A stretch of 64,000 bases of DNA from NCBI GenBank assembly GCA_963737655.1, contig CAVTTN010000002.1, positions 96,001 through 160,000 on the forward strand, read 5' to 3'. The DNA is from an uncultured Planctomycetota bacterium (GTDB lineage Bacteria > Planctomycetota > Planctomycetia > Isosphaerales > Isosphaeraceae). The number at the start of each line of letters is the position of its first letter. Position 1 is the stretch's first letter. A program made the translations under genes and the position numbers. Shown piece after piece: positions 29,092-41,671 of the stretch. The notes under the pieces are model-generated. The model saw only the letters and a list, made by a program, of their open reading frames with translations, was not told where the DNA came from and ran no database searches.

Positions 29092-29646
29092 TCACGCAGC
29101 GCTTTCTGGGGGACGCCCGGAGTGGGAGATCGTCGAGGGGAGGGGCATGGGGGGCGCGTCGAGCTCGTCGGTCGCGAACAGCCTGTCGGTGTCCAGGATG
29201 ATCAGCAGGCGGTCATCCAGCCGGGCCAGTCCCGAGATGAACCTCCGGGTCAGGGCCGCCATGGAGACCGGCACCGGCTGGATCTGGTCCGAGGTGATCC
29301 GGATCACCTGAGTGACCTCGTCCACGATGCACCCGACGATCTTCTCGTGGACCGTCACCACGATCGTCCGGGTCTCGTCGTCGAGGGGGCGGGGCGGCAT
29401 CCCGAACCGTTTCCTGAGGTTGATGATCGGGATCACGCTGCCGCGAAGGTTGATCAGCCCCTCGATCGACTCATGCACCCGGGGCAATCGGGTGATGGGC
29501 TTCATCAGGATGATCTCGCGGATCTTCGTGATCGCGATCGCGTACTCTTCCCCGTCCAGGCGGAAGCCCACGAACTGGCGGATCGGCGGCTCTTCGCGCC
29601 GGCTTTCGCGATCGGCCGAATCGGTGCGAGTCGATCCCGACGCCAT
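29092..29646 (-). CDS. cheW: Chemotaxis coupling protein CheW
   Basis: FRLDGEEYAI, GLINLRGSVIPIINLRKRF, GCIVDEV. Confidence 0.93.
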   Translation of the reverse strand: MASGSTRTDSADRESRREEPPIRQFVGFRLDGEEYAIAITKIREIILMKPITRLPRVHESIEGLINLRGSVIPIINLRKRFGMPPRPLDDETRTIVVTVHEKIVGCIVDEVTQVIRITSDQIQPVPVSMAALTRRFISGLARLDDRLLIILDTDRLFATDELDAPPMPLPSTISHSGRPPESAA

Positions 29647-29759
29647 GAGCCCGTCTCTCGCTGGGTCCAGTCCGGACGGATCGAACCGACGTCTCGCCCG
29701 ATCACGGAAACCCGGGGACGAGCCGGCGGTCGACCGGGAGGAGTTTGAGGGACGTCCTC

Positions 29760-29768
29760 ATCATATCA
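29760..29768 (-). promoter_or_regulatory. Possible extended -10 promoter of the che operon
   Basis: TG-A-TATGAT on the - strand about 115 bp upstream of cheW. Confidence 0.4.
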
Positions 29769-29861
29769 CACGGGACGCCACTCGCCGGGAGAATCCCTCA
29801 CGGAACGCCCTCGACCGGCCGGAGCCCGCCCTCGGATGGAGCGGGATCGGCCGGTCCTCGA

Positions 29862-31031
29862 TCAGGAGGCGCCGGAGCCCGGAAATTGAATTAAGATCAT
29901 GTTAATATCGTCGTGGGGATGGACCGGGGTGACGTGGCGATCGACGGCGTCCTGGAGCCAGTCGAGGATCGCCGAGGGCTCGCCCCCTTGATGGGCCTCC
30001 AGCACCTCGCGGATCTTCTCGGTGCCGAACGGGACGTCGGCGGGGTCCATGGCGTCGGGAAGGCCATCGGTGTAGATCAGCACGGACTCGCCGGGCCCGA
30101 GACGATCGGAGAGGTCGGCGAGGCCCTCCACCATGCCCAGGCCGAGCAAGCCGGGCTCGGAATCGAGCAATCGCGTCCCCGAGGGGCCGACCACCAGGGC
30201 CGGCGGGTGGCCGACCCCCGCATACTGGAATTCCCCGGTGCTCTCCTGGATGATCAGCGCGAAGGCGGTGCAGAAATAACCATCGGGGAAGTATTGACCG
30301 GCCGCCACGTCCAACTCGGCGAGGATGCGACTGGGCGGCGATCCGGCCGTCATCGGCGCCGCGACCAGCGTCTTGACCATCCCGGAAAGCAGGGCCGCAT
30401 TGACCCCGTGGCCCGAGATGTCGGCCGCCACGACCGCCAGGCGGCCGTCGTCGATCTGGGCGAAGTCGTACACGTCGCCCCCGAGCTGATTGGCGGGCTT
30501 GTAGGTCACGGCCACCCGGACGACGCCCCGAGGGGCCGGCGGCTTCGGCATGAGCCCCATCTGGACCGTTCGCGCGAGCTTGAGTTCCAGGGCCAGTTTC
30601 TTCTGGGCGGCTTCCAGTTGCAGGTTCCTCTCCGCCAGCTCTCGCCGGAGGTCGGCGATCCGGAGCTGGGACCGGACCCGGGCGAAGATCTCGGGGACCT
30701 CCGCCGGGGACTTCGGCTTCTCGAGGTAGTCGTCGGCCCCGGAGTCCAGGCCGATCACCCGGCTCTCGGTCGCCCCGAGGGTCGTCAGCATGATCACCGG
30801 GACCATCCGAAGCTCGGGATCCGCCTTCAGCGCCTGGCAGAAGCCGGGACCGTCGAGCTCGGGCATCTCGTAATCGGTGATGATGAGTTCGGGAGAGACC
30901 TCGCGGGCCTTCTCCAGGCCCTGGAGGCCGTCGCCGGCCGTCGCGACCTCGTAGCCCTCCTGCTGGAGCCAGGCGGCGATCATCTTCCTCATGGTCGAGC
31001 TGTCTTCGACCAGGAGCAGGCGGCGTGGCAT
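29862..31031 (-). CDS. Response regulator receiver + PP2C/SpoIIE phosphatase (RsbU/RsbP-like)
   Basis: LVEDS, TDYEMP receiver; coiled coil; LGGDVYD, ADISGHG, YTDGL, HDD PP2C motifs. Confidence 0.9.
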   Translation of the reverse strand: MPRRLLLVEDSSTMRKMIAAWLQQEGYEVATAGDGLQGLEKAREVSPELIITDYEMPELDGPGFCQALKADPELRMVPVIMLTTLGATESRVIGLDSGADDYLEKPKSPAEVPEIFARVRSQLRIADLRRELAERNLQLEAAQKKLALELKLARTVQMGLMPKPPAPRGVVRVAVTYKPANQLGGDVYDFAQIDDGRLAVVAADISGHGVNAALLSGMVKTLVAAPMTAGSPPSRILAELDVAAGQYFPDGYFCTAFALIIQESTGEFQYAGVGHPPALVVGPSGTRLLDSEPGLLGLGMVEGLADLSDRLGPGESVLIYTDGLPDAMDPADVPFGTEKIREVLEAHQGGEPSAILDWLQDAVDRHVTPVHPHDDINMILIQFPGSGAS

Positions 31032-31090
31032 GAGGATCACGACCTCCTCGATAGGACGAGAACCGGCGAAAGGGGCGGACGACCATCATC

Positions 31091-32944
31091 TCAAGGCGAC
31101 CGACGAAACGTGAGGCCGGGGTCTCCCGGGCCTCCGCCGAGGGCCTGGAAAAGGAAGGCGTCGTTGCCTTGCCACTGGACCTTCCCGACCATCGGCGCCT
31201 GGTCGTCGGACTGGACCAGGGTCAGCACGCCGTCACCGAACGAGGACTTGCCGGTGATCTGGTGCGACTGGCCGCCGCCGCTGACCTTCCAGGTGAACGG
31301 CCCGCCGTCGGCGATGGTCAGGTTGATGGCCGAGGTCTTGTCCGGGCTGGCCGCCCAGGACCCGACGAGGCTGGCCGGGTTCGGGACCTCGGCGGGAGGC
31401 GCGACCGGGGGCGCGGGGTTGGGCGCGTCGGGGGCCGTCGGCTTCGACCCGGTCAGGGACGCCAGGAGCTGCGCCGAGACCCGATCCCCGGGCTGGAGGG
31501 CCACCACCGCCTTGAGTTCCGATTCCGCGTCCGCGTCCTGGCCGGCCGTGAGATAGAGATAGGCCAGGACGAACCTCGCCGCCGAGGCGTTGGGACTCGC
31601 CCGAACGACGGCTTCGAGGGCCCGCAACTGGGTCGTGTAGGTATCCACATCGGGGTAGAGGCTGATGAGTGTCGTCCAGTCCCATCCCGGTCCGGCGGAC
31701 AGGACCCCGTACAGGGCCGCCGCCGCGTCGTCGTATTTCCCGAGGGCGAAGAGGACCTGGGCCCGGAATTCGTGGAGCGTGGAATCGCCGGGCATTGCCT
31801 TCACGGCCTGATCGGCCAGCGAGAGGGCCCCGTTGTAGTCGCCCTTCATGAAGGCGTCGCGGGCCTGGTCGAAGCTCGTCATGGCGGGCCCGGTGACCGA
31901 ATCCGCCGGGGGCGCGCCGGAGGTGTCGATCGGCTGGGAGTAGTTGTAGATCTGAACGTTCGGGGCCACCCCGGCCGAGTTGTAGTACGGGTTCGCGTAA
32001 GGCATGTAGCCCCACGACGAGTAGAGCGACGATCCCAGGGCCCACCCGGCCAGCCCCCATCCCCAGCCGTTGCCGTAGCCATAGCCATAGCGGCCGTAGC
32101 CGCCTCCCCAGCCCCATCCTCCGTAGTGGCCTCCCCAGTAGCCGTGGACCCAGCCCGAGTGGTATCCGGCATAGCTTCCGCCGTGCCAGCCCCAGGCACC
32201 GGCCTGGCCATAGGGCCTCACGGCCGCCGCGCCGAACGATCGGCCGGCGACCGCCGAGCCGCCGGGTCCCGTCGCGAATCCCTCGCGAGATCCGCCGACG
32301 GCAGTCCCTCGAGGGCCGGAGACCGCCCCGACGTTCGATCGGCCCCCGACGGCATTTCCACCGGGACCCGCCGCGCCGCCCACCCGGCCGACATCGCCGT
32401 ACGATCGGCCTCCGGCCGTGGTTCCCGAGACTCCGTAGACGCCCCGACCGGCCTCGGCCCCTCCGGGCCCGACCGCTCCCCGGCCGGCGGCTCCGTAATT
32501 GACGCTGCCGCCCCTGGCCGTCGTGTACGACCCGCTTCCCGAGCCCGATCCATACCGTCCCCCGTAAGGCCCGGAGGAGAATTCGCCGCTCCGGGTGCTC
32601 ATCCCGGGGGCCGCGTAGGGGTTCGATCCCTCTCCGCCGCGGACTCCTCCGTAGCCTCCGTAGGAACGCGACATCCCGAACGAGGGCGAGCGATTGAACG
32701 ACGAACCCTCGAAGCCTCCGCCCCGGGCCCCGCCGAAGCTACCGCCTCGGAATCCCTCCGCGCCTCCGGCGCGGAACCCGCCCATGCTTTCGCCCCGGAA
32801 CCCGCCCATGCTCCCGCCCCGGTATCCTCCGAAGCTTCCGCCTCGGAACCCGCCGAAGCCGCCCCGTCCGGCCAGGACGGGCCCGGTTCCTCCGGCGATC
32901 ACCAGGGAGCCGGCCAGGGCGATCGTGAGAATCCTCGGTCTCAT
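31091..32944 (-). CDS. Exported Gly-rich low-complexity protein with C-terminal TPR domain
   Basis: Signal peptide MRPRILTIALAGSLV..VLA; GGFRGG/GY/GW-rich region; TPR-like FDQARDAF..HEFRAQVLFALGKY. Confidence 0.75.
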   Translation of the reverse strand: MRPRILTIALAGSLVIAGGTGPVLAGRGGFGGFRGGSFGGYRGGSMGGFRGESMGGFRAGGAEGFRGGSFGGARGGGFEGSSFNRSPSFGMSRSYGGYGGVRGGEGSNPYAAPGMSTRSGEFSSGPYGGRYGSGSGSGSYTTARGGSVNYGAAGRGAVGPGGAEAGRGVYGVSGTTAGGRSYGDVGRVGGAAGPGGNAVGGRSNVGAVSGPRGTAVGGSREGFATGPGGSAVAGRSFGAAAVRPYGQAGAWGWHGGSYAGYHSGWVHGYWGGHYGGWGWGGGYGRYGYGYGNGWGWGLAGWALGSSLYSSWGYMPYANPYYNSAGVAPNVQIYNYSQPIDTSGAPPADSVTGPAMTSFDQARDAFMKGDYNGALSLADQAVKAMPGDSTLHEFRAQVLFALGKYDDAAAALYGVLSAGPGWDWTTLISLYPDVDTYTTQLRALEAVVRASPNASAARFVLAYLYLTAGQDADAESELKAVVALQPGDRVSAQLLASLTGSKPTAPDAPNPAPPVAPPAEVPNPASLVGSWAASPDKTSAINLTIADGGPFTWKVSGGGQSHQITGKSSFGDGVLTLVQSDDQAPMVGKVQWQGNDAFLFQALGGGPGDPGLTFRRSP

Positions 32945-33946
32945 GGCTTCCTCTTCGGTTTGGGGTCGGCGGGAGGGGAACCGGCCGAAGCGCCGGCCCT
33001 GGGCGGCTTGCGGACCAGGACGATCTCGGGTGAGTCGGGGACGGCCTGGCCTCCCATGGTCCGGTCCACGGACTTCCAGCGGGCCATGTCCTTCTGGACG
33101 AAGGTGAGGACCTGGGTGGCCGAGACCCCCTTGCCGTCGGCGAGGACGCCTTCGGCCTTGATCATCCAGGATCGATCGCCGACGCGACTCCAGAGGCCCT
33201 CGCTGTGGCCTCCGTCGCGATCGAACACCCAGGATCGAAATTGCTCGGAGTGCGCGTCCCAGCCGATCCTCTGGCTGCCTTCGGAGATCGGCGTCCCTGC
33301 GATCTTCAGGCTGAATTCCCGGATCAGGAAGTTCTTGTCCTCGCTCCATCGGCAGGACGTCTCGATGACCCCTTCGTCCCCCTCATCCACCCAGTCGCCG
33401 ACCATCCAGGCCAGTTCCTGGAGCCTCTCGTGGGGCGTCAAGGATCGGTCGGGGTACTCGTGGACACTGTCCTGGAGCCATCGACCGTCGCGGCGGACGT
33501 AGAGGACCGTGTATCGAGCCAGGTCGGGCGAGCCCCCGCCGGCCGGGATCGTCCGAGACCGGCCCGTCTCCCTCGCGGCGTCCGGGCCGAGGAATCGGAG
33601 GGTTTCCGGCGAGAGGCTCGATCGTCCCCTTGGGCTCGTCCTTGAAGGTGGCGGAGAACACGGAAACGATGGACTCCCGCCCCCGGACGGTCTCGCCCTC
33701 GTCGTCGGTGATCTCGGCGCCCTCGGTGAACAGCTCGCCAATCGCCCTGGCGTCGCCCTTGTTGTACGCCTCGGTGAAGGCGAGGACCAGCGAGGCCAGG
33801 GCCTTGACGTCGTCGGGACGATCGGCCGTTTTCCCGGCCTCGGCCCCGGGAGGAGCATCCGCCGGCCGTTGCCCGGACGCGACGGGAAGCCCGATCCCGA
33901 CGACGGCCGCCAGGACGGTGAGGCTCATTCCGACTCTCGCACTCAT
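32941..33946 (-). pseudogene. NTF2-like (SgcJ/EcaC, DUF4440-type) exported protein; apparent +1 frameshift near 33615
   Basis: FTEAYNKGDA..LFTEGA..VRGRESI in frame 1; ARYTVLYVRRDGRW..LAWMVGDWVDE..FRSWVFD in frame 2; stop overlaps the next start. Confidence 0.75.
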
Positions 33947-34014
33947 GATGCGACCTCTCCGGGGGACTCGGGCCGGTCAGGTTCCTCCGACCGGCCCGGC
34001 GGGCGGAACTTCGA

Positions 34015-35790
<1,776 letters not shown>

Positions 35791-35854
35791 GAACGCGAGG
35801 CTCCGGGTGAGGATCGAGGCACGTGACAGGGGTGATGACGGACCTGGAGATCGA

Positions 35855-36178
35855 TCACTCCGATCGAGCCTCTCCGGGGCCGATCGCCCCCGGAGAGACG
35901 GGCTCGGCGTGGGTCGCCTTGCTTCGAAGGTCGAGATAGCGTTTGCTGGCCTCGAGGCCTTCGAGGAACTTGGGGATCGTGTCGAGCATCCCGAACAGCC
36001 CGATGATGATCAGCCCATGCCCGACTCGGAGATGGGCATGGGCGACGTCGTCCGACAGGGTCCGAGACGCCTCGGAGAGGCCGATCACGAAGAGGGCGGC
36101 CCCTTTGAAGAGGTTCGTGTAGGGGTTTTCCAGGAAGGCCTGGATCCCTCGGGCGATCCGGTCTAACCGGTTTCTCAT
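35855..36178 (-). CDS. Small membrane protein (hypothetical)
   Basis: 107 aa, two hydrophobic segments, co-oriented between the sulfatases. Confidence 0.6.
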   Translation of the reverse strand: MRNRLDRIARGIQAFLENPYTNLFKGAALFVIGLSEASRTLSDDVAHAHLRVGHGLIIIGLFGMLDTIPKFLEGLEASKRYLDLRSKATHAEPVSPGAIGPGEARSE

Positions 36179-36185
36179 GATGGCC

Positions 36186-38632
36186 TCACCGCGGTTCCGG
36201 CCTGGGGGCGAGGTCGAAGACGACCTTGCTGATCTTGCCCGTGAACGCGAACGGCGATCGCGCCTCGTAGGTCATCGAGACGGGGTCGCCATTGTCCTTG
36301 CCGATGTCCATCCCGGCGTAGCTGGAGAATCGGAGGGGCACCGTGTGCGCCAGCCGGCCCTCTCCGACGGGCTTGCCGCCGACCATCAGGCGGCCTCGTC
36401 CGCCCGAGGCCATCGTCCCCGGTCGGTCCGCCGTGAATTCGTAGCAGACCGAGACCTTGCCCGAGGGCATCGCCTCTGCCGAGGTGATGGTCTCGGTGCT
36501 CAGCCCGAGGAAGCTGTACGTGTAATGCAGTTTCCCGCCCTGGACGTAGAGCGAAAACCCGCCGAGGAAGTCGGCCTCGGCCACGATCACCCCCTCCGCG
36601 CCTCCCGGGGGGATCACGAGATCGGCCTCGATCGCGAAGGAGCGGTTGTAGACGCGAGGGATCATCCCGGAGCTGATGTTCTCGATCCCGGGACCATAGG
36701 CGAACACGCTTCGGTTGGGCGAGGGAGGCTCCAGCCCGTAGAAGCTGGCGAGACCGCCCATCAAGGGCAAGACCTGATACTTCGCGGCCTCTTCCCAGAA
36801 GAGCTTCTTGAGCTCGGCGAGCTTCTCGGGATGCTTCGAGGCGAGGTCGTTCGCCTCGGAGAAATCTTCGTCGATATGATAGAGTTCCCATTTGTCCCGG
36901 TCGGGGTCCCAGTTCCCGCCCGGCCCATATTTGGCCATCGCGGCCGGGTCGATCTTCCAGGGGACGCGGTCGAGCCGTGCGCAGGCGATCCAACCATCCT
37001 TGTACATCGCGCGGTTGCCGAAGATTTCAAAATACTGCTGGGTATGCCGCCCCGGGGCTTTGGAATCGTCGAACGTGTCGGCGAAGCTCACCCCGTGAAT
37101 CGGCATCTGCTCGATCCCGTCCACGGTCTTCGGAGGCGCGATCCCGACGCAATCCAGGATGGTCGGGACGACGTCGATGCAGTGGGTGAACTGGCTCCTG
37201 AGGCCGCCGACGTCCTTGATCCGCTTCGGCCAGGAGACGACCATCGGGTCGCGGGTGCCTCCGAAATGGGAGGCCACCTGCTTGCCCCACTGGAACGGGG
37301 TGTTTCCGGCCCAGGCCCAGGCGCAGGCGAAGTGGGGTTGGCTCTTCGGGCCGCCCCAGCCCTCGATCCCTCCGTACTGCTCGATCAGTTTGAGCTGCTC
37401 GGCGGCCGGGACGTCCAGGCCGTTGAGCGTCGTCATTTCATTGAAGGCCCCGGTCTCGGTGCCCTCCATGCTGGAGCCGTTGTCGCCCCAGATGTAGAGG
37501 ATCAGCGTGTTGTCGGAGATCCCGAGGTCCTCGATCGACTGGACGACGCGGCCGATCTCGTGGTCGCAGTTCTCCTGGAAGCCGGCGAAGACTTCCATCT
37601 GCCGGGTGAAGAGCTTCTTCAACTCCGGAGGCACCGAGTCCCACGAGGGGAACGCCGGGTCTCTCGGGGTCAGCTTGGCGGAGGCGGGGATCACGCCCAG
37701 GGCCTTCTGTCGCGCGAACGTCTCCTCGCGGAGCTTGTCCCAACCCTGATCGAACTTCCCCTTGTACTTGTCGGCCCACGCCCTGGGCACGTGGTGAGGG
37801 GCGTGGCTGGCGCCGGGGCGTAATACATGAAGAATGGGCGATCGGGCGACTGGGCCTTCTGGTCGCGAATCCAGTGGATGGCGCGGTCCGCCATGTCGGT
37901 CGGGAAGTAATAGTCCTTCCCCTTCGGCACGCCGAGGATCGTGTTGTTCTCGGTCAGGACCGGGTCATACTGGCCGCTCGCGCCTCCCAGGAAGCCCCAG
38001 AAGTAGTCGAACCCGAGGCTGTAGGGCCAGCGATTGAACGGCCCGGCCGGGCCTTGCTGGTCGTCGGGCGTCAGGTGCCACTTGCCGAAGGCCGACGTGG
38101 TGTAGCCGTTCCCCTGGAGGATCTTGCCGATGCTCGCGGCGCTCAGGGGCCAGGTCGCGTTATACCCCGGCCACCCGCCCGCAAACTCCGCGACCGAACC
38201 GAAGCCGATGGCATGATGATTCCGTCCCGACAGCAAGGCGGCCCTCGTCGGCGAGCAAAGGGCCGTCACGTGGAAGCGATTGTACCGCAAACCCCTCTGG
38301 GCGAGTTTCGTGAGGGTCGGCGTCTGGCACGGGCCGCCGAACGTGGAGGGGTTGCCGAATCCGGCGTCGTCCACCAGGATCAGCAGGACGTTCGGGGCGT
38401 CCTTCGGGGCTTCGATGGGTCGAGGAAAGTCCGGCTTGGAAGTCGCGAGGGTCCGGGACGCCGTACCCCGGAAGGGAGGCTCGGCGGAGGGAATCGAGGA
38501 TCGATCCGACGACGGGGCCGGGGCCTGAGGATCGCCCGAGGCCACGACCCCGCCCAGGGCGCCCGCGATCCAGAAGAGCCCGAGCATGCGGAGCTTCCGA
38601 ATCGCTCCGGCCAGGGTGAATCCAACTCGCAT
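36186..38632 (-). pseudogene. Arylsulfatase (AtsD-like); apparent 1-nt deletion near 37813-37818, probably a sequencing error
   Basis: PNVLLILVDD, LCSPTRAALL, GKWHL in the N-part; GDNG, HFGGTRDP, WELY in the C-part; restored junction YYAPGASHAPHH. Confidence 0.88.
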
Positions 38633-39450
38633 CGTCGGCTCCCAAGAGCGGGTCTGAGGGTGTGATGTCGTCGGTGAATGGGTGAGGCGGGATCGGGCAT
38701 CAGGTCGGCCTTCTCCGGCCCGATCGGAATCCCGCCACGGAAGGGTTCCATTCCCTGGCGCCGCCCTGGGATCGGACGGATCGCATCGGGTCGAAGATGG
38801 CACCGGACGAGGTCCATGGTGGCGGTAGTCGGCCGTCAACGTCGTCGGCCTGGGAGGCCTCCCACCGGGAGCGTGGTTTCTTGGGAAACTGGATGACCCA
38901 TCCCGGGCCGCAAGACCCTCGAGGACCAGGAAAAGGTCCGCATCTCGACCAAGGACAAGGACCGGATTTCACACAAGAGGGTCGTCCCAGGGAGTGCCGG
39001 GCGGGGCGTTTTCCACGATGACCGGCGGCCGGTCCGTTCGACTCAAGTCGGCGATGGGCGGCCTCGACGGTCGATTCTTCATGGGCGGGCGATCCCGTGA
39101 CGATCCATGCGGATTCCGATGGATGAGAGCGTGGGGTGCGCAGGATCTGGGCGACCGCCCCGAGGGTCGGAGCACTCTCGACCATTCGGCCGAGGTCGGA
39201 TCGCTCCTCGGGGTGGATCAGCGACGATATTAACAATCCGAAGCGGAGTTGCTAAGAAAAAACCGATGATGCGGCACAGATTTTCCCTCGGTGCCCCGAT
39301 CTCGACCGACCGACGCCGGATCTGCGCGTGAGGAGCTCCCGATCGGGCCTCGATTTCGGGGACCGATCCGGACGCTTCGGGACGGCGAACACTCATGAGG
39401 AACGGACATCTCGCGGACGAGGGGCCTGTTCCCCGTGGTGTTCGCGATCC

Positions 39451-40248
39451 TCAATACTTGGCCAGGTCGCCCGAGGACAACTCGGGATGAATCTCTCGGG
39501 CCAGCGCCGACGCGCCCTGGAGCATCATCTTCAACTCGCTGTTGACGGCGATGAACTGCCAGCCCTCGGCGATCCGTCGATGGGCGTCGGCGATCGAGAA
39601 GACGTGGAGGCCGCAGGGGATTTTCGCCTTCCGGGCCGCCGACAGGATCCGCTGAAGGGTCGTTTCCAGCGCGTCGGGGGAGGGCGGGGTGCCGTCGGCG
39701 GACCTCATGGACGCCGCCAAATCGTTCGGGCCGACGAAGATGGCGTCGATCCCGGGCACGGCGTAGATCTCGTCGGCGATGTCCACGGCCGCGATGTGCT
39801 CGGTCTGGAGGATCACGAGGATCTCGTCGTCGGCCGCCCGGTAATACGAGTCGGCCGAGGCCCCGAAGTTCATGGCGTGGAGGCCGCCCCCCACCGAGCG
39901 GTTCCCCTTCGGCGGGTATTTGCAGGCGGCCACGATCTTCCGGGCCTCGTCGGGCGTCATGACCATCGGCGCGACGATCCCCATCGCTCCGCAGTCGAGG
40001 ACCGTCTTGATCAGGTCGTGACGTCCTTCCTGGACCCTGGCCAGGGGGACGCAACCGGCATCGGCGATGGCGCCGAACATCATCGCGGCGGTCTGGATGT
40101 CGGTGTGGGTGTGCTCCAGGTCCACGGTCAGCCAGGGGAGCCCGGTCCGGGCGAGGAACCGGGCGGCGACGACGCTCCCCAGGGAGAGCCAGGTGCCGAC
40201 CTGGGGCTTCCCGGCCAGGAGCGCCCGTTTCACGGGGTTCGGCTTCAT
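39451..40248 (-). CDS. HpcH/HpaI aldolase family protein
   Basis: VDLEH, LDCGAMGIVAPMV, YPPKGNRS, QTE, FVGPNDL. Confidence 0.9.
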   Translation of the reverse strand: MKPNPVKRALLAGKPQVGTWLSLGSVVAARFLARTGLPWLTVDLEHTHTDIQTAAMMFGAIADAGCVPLARVQEGRHDLIKTVLDCGAMGIVAPMVMTPDEARKIVAACKYPPKGNRSVGGGLHAMNFGASADSYYRAADDEILVILQTEHIAAVDIADEIYAVPGIDAIFVGPNDLAASMRSADGTPPSPDALETTLQRILSAARKAKIPCGLHVFSIADAHRRIAEGWQFIAVNSELKMMLQGASALAREIHPELSSGDLAKY

Positions 40249-40279
40249 CTCGCGAGACTCCGCATTCGAGCCGGGACGG

Positions 40280-41524
40280 TCAGGACCTGGGCGTCAGGGT
40301 GAATCGATGAGGCTTCGGCTTCACCTCCTCGCGCTGCCTGGCCACGACCTCCGCCTCCAGGCGATCGAGGGCCTCCAGGGCGTCGTTCATGCCGGCGAGC
40401 TTCTCCCCCTGGAGCGGGACCTCGACGTTCCGCCAGCGCATGTAATGAATATTGTTGTGCTTGAGCGTATCCTCCTGGACCTTCCGGGCCTGGCGGGCCA
40501 TCGGCGTGTCGAGGACGGCGAGGTTGATCCCGTCGGCCAGGGCCTCCCGGGTGAAGGTGCCGACCTCGTCGCCGTCGATCGCCAGGCGGTACTCGCTCGC
40601 CTTCAACCCGGCGACCTTCAGCGGCTGGCGATCGAGCGCCTCGACCACGTCGGACGACTTCACGGCCAGGGCCACGGCCTTGTCATTCATCGAGATCGGG
40701 AACGGGAGCGCCTCGTCCTCCTGGGTCCAGGAGACGGTCTCGCCCGCTTGCAGGTCCTTCACCGACGCCTTCTCGGCCTTCGCCTTGCCTTCGGCGTCGA
40801 TCTCGACCGAAGACACGAGCGACGGGGCATCCCACGCCTTCAAGAGCGATTCGGCCATCAGGAGTTGCCCGGCGGGGCCGGGGTGAACTCGGTCATTGTT
40901 GAACTGGACGGCGGTTTCGTGGTCGGTCACGTCGGCCTTCTTCGTGGCTTCCACCAGTCCCGTGTTCAGGTCGGCGAGCGAGGCGCCCTCCTTCGCGGCG
41001 AGGTCCTTGAGGAAGTCCCCGTACCGGAGGAGGACGGCGTTGTAACCGCCCTCGAAGTTCGGCTTCCTCGTGACGTCGTCGTAGGGGCTGGGCTGGATGA
41101 TCGTCAGCCGGACCCCCGGGACGTGCTCCTTGATCGACTTCACGAGGTGCTCGTAACCCTTGCTGTAAGCCTCGAAGATCTTGTCGTCGAAGGCGCGGTA
41201 GCTCGCGTCGTTCATCCCGAGCATGACCGTCACGACGGTGGGCTTGTGGGCGAAGACGTCGCGAGCGAGCCTCCGGTCGATCGGGCCGCCGCCTCCGCCG
41301 CCGACCCGGTCGCCACCCCAGCCGGAGTGGACGAACGTGATGTTCCGGTTCGGGAACCTCGTGACGACATAGGTTTCGACGAACGTGGTGTACAGCCTCT
41401 GCTCGGTGATGGAGTCGCCATAGAAGACGACGCGGTCGCCGTCCTTCAGGGCGAAGTCCCCGGCGATGGCGGTGGCGCCGATCAGGCCGAGAAACAGGGG
41501 CAGGGCGAGTCGGAGCCGAGGCAT
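40280..41524 (-). CDS. SGNH/GDSL hydrolase, exported
   Basis: Signal peptide; FYGDSIT, GMND, DRVHP. Confidence 0.9.
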   Translation of the reverse strand: MPRLRLALPLFLGLIGATAIAGDFALKDGDRVVFYGDSITEQRLYTTFVETYVVTRFPNRNITFVHSGWGGDRVGGGGGGPIDRRLARDVFAHKPTVVTVMLGMNDASYRAFDDKIFEAYSKGYEHLVKSIKEHVPGVRLTIIQPSPYDDVTRKPNFEGGYNAVLLRYGDFLKDLAAKEGASLADLNTGLVEATKKADVTDHETAVQFNNDRVHPGPAGQLLMAESLLKAWDAPSLVSSVEIDAEGKAKAEKASVKDLQAGETVSWTQEDEALPFPISMNDKAVALAVKSSDVVEALDRQPLKVAGLKASEYRLAIDGDEVGTFTREALADGINLAVLDTPMARQARKVQEDTLKHNNIHYMRWRNVEVPLQGEKLAGMNDALEALDRLEAEVVARQREEVKPKPHRFTLTPRS

Positions 41525-41671
41525 CGGGAAGTCCTTCTGGAAGGCGGGCCCGGGTCGAGATCCGCGATTGCACCGCGCCCGGCTCGTCAGATCAAGCCAC
41601 CGGGGCGAACGTTTTCCGGATCGAGACTTTCGGGCTCGACGTTCAACCCGGCTCGTGGCTGGGGGCGGGGA

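Noticed and set aside
32690..32870. Repeated GGAACCCGCCCATGCT-like units
   Set aside because: Coding repeats of the GGFRGG protein region, not a DNA-level array.
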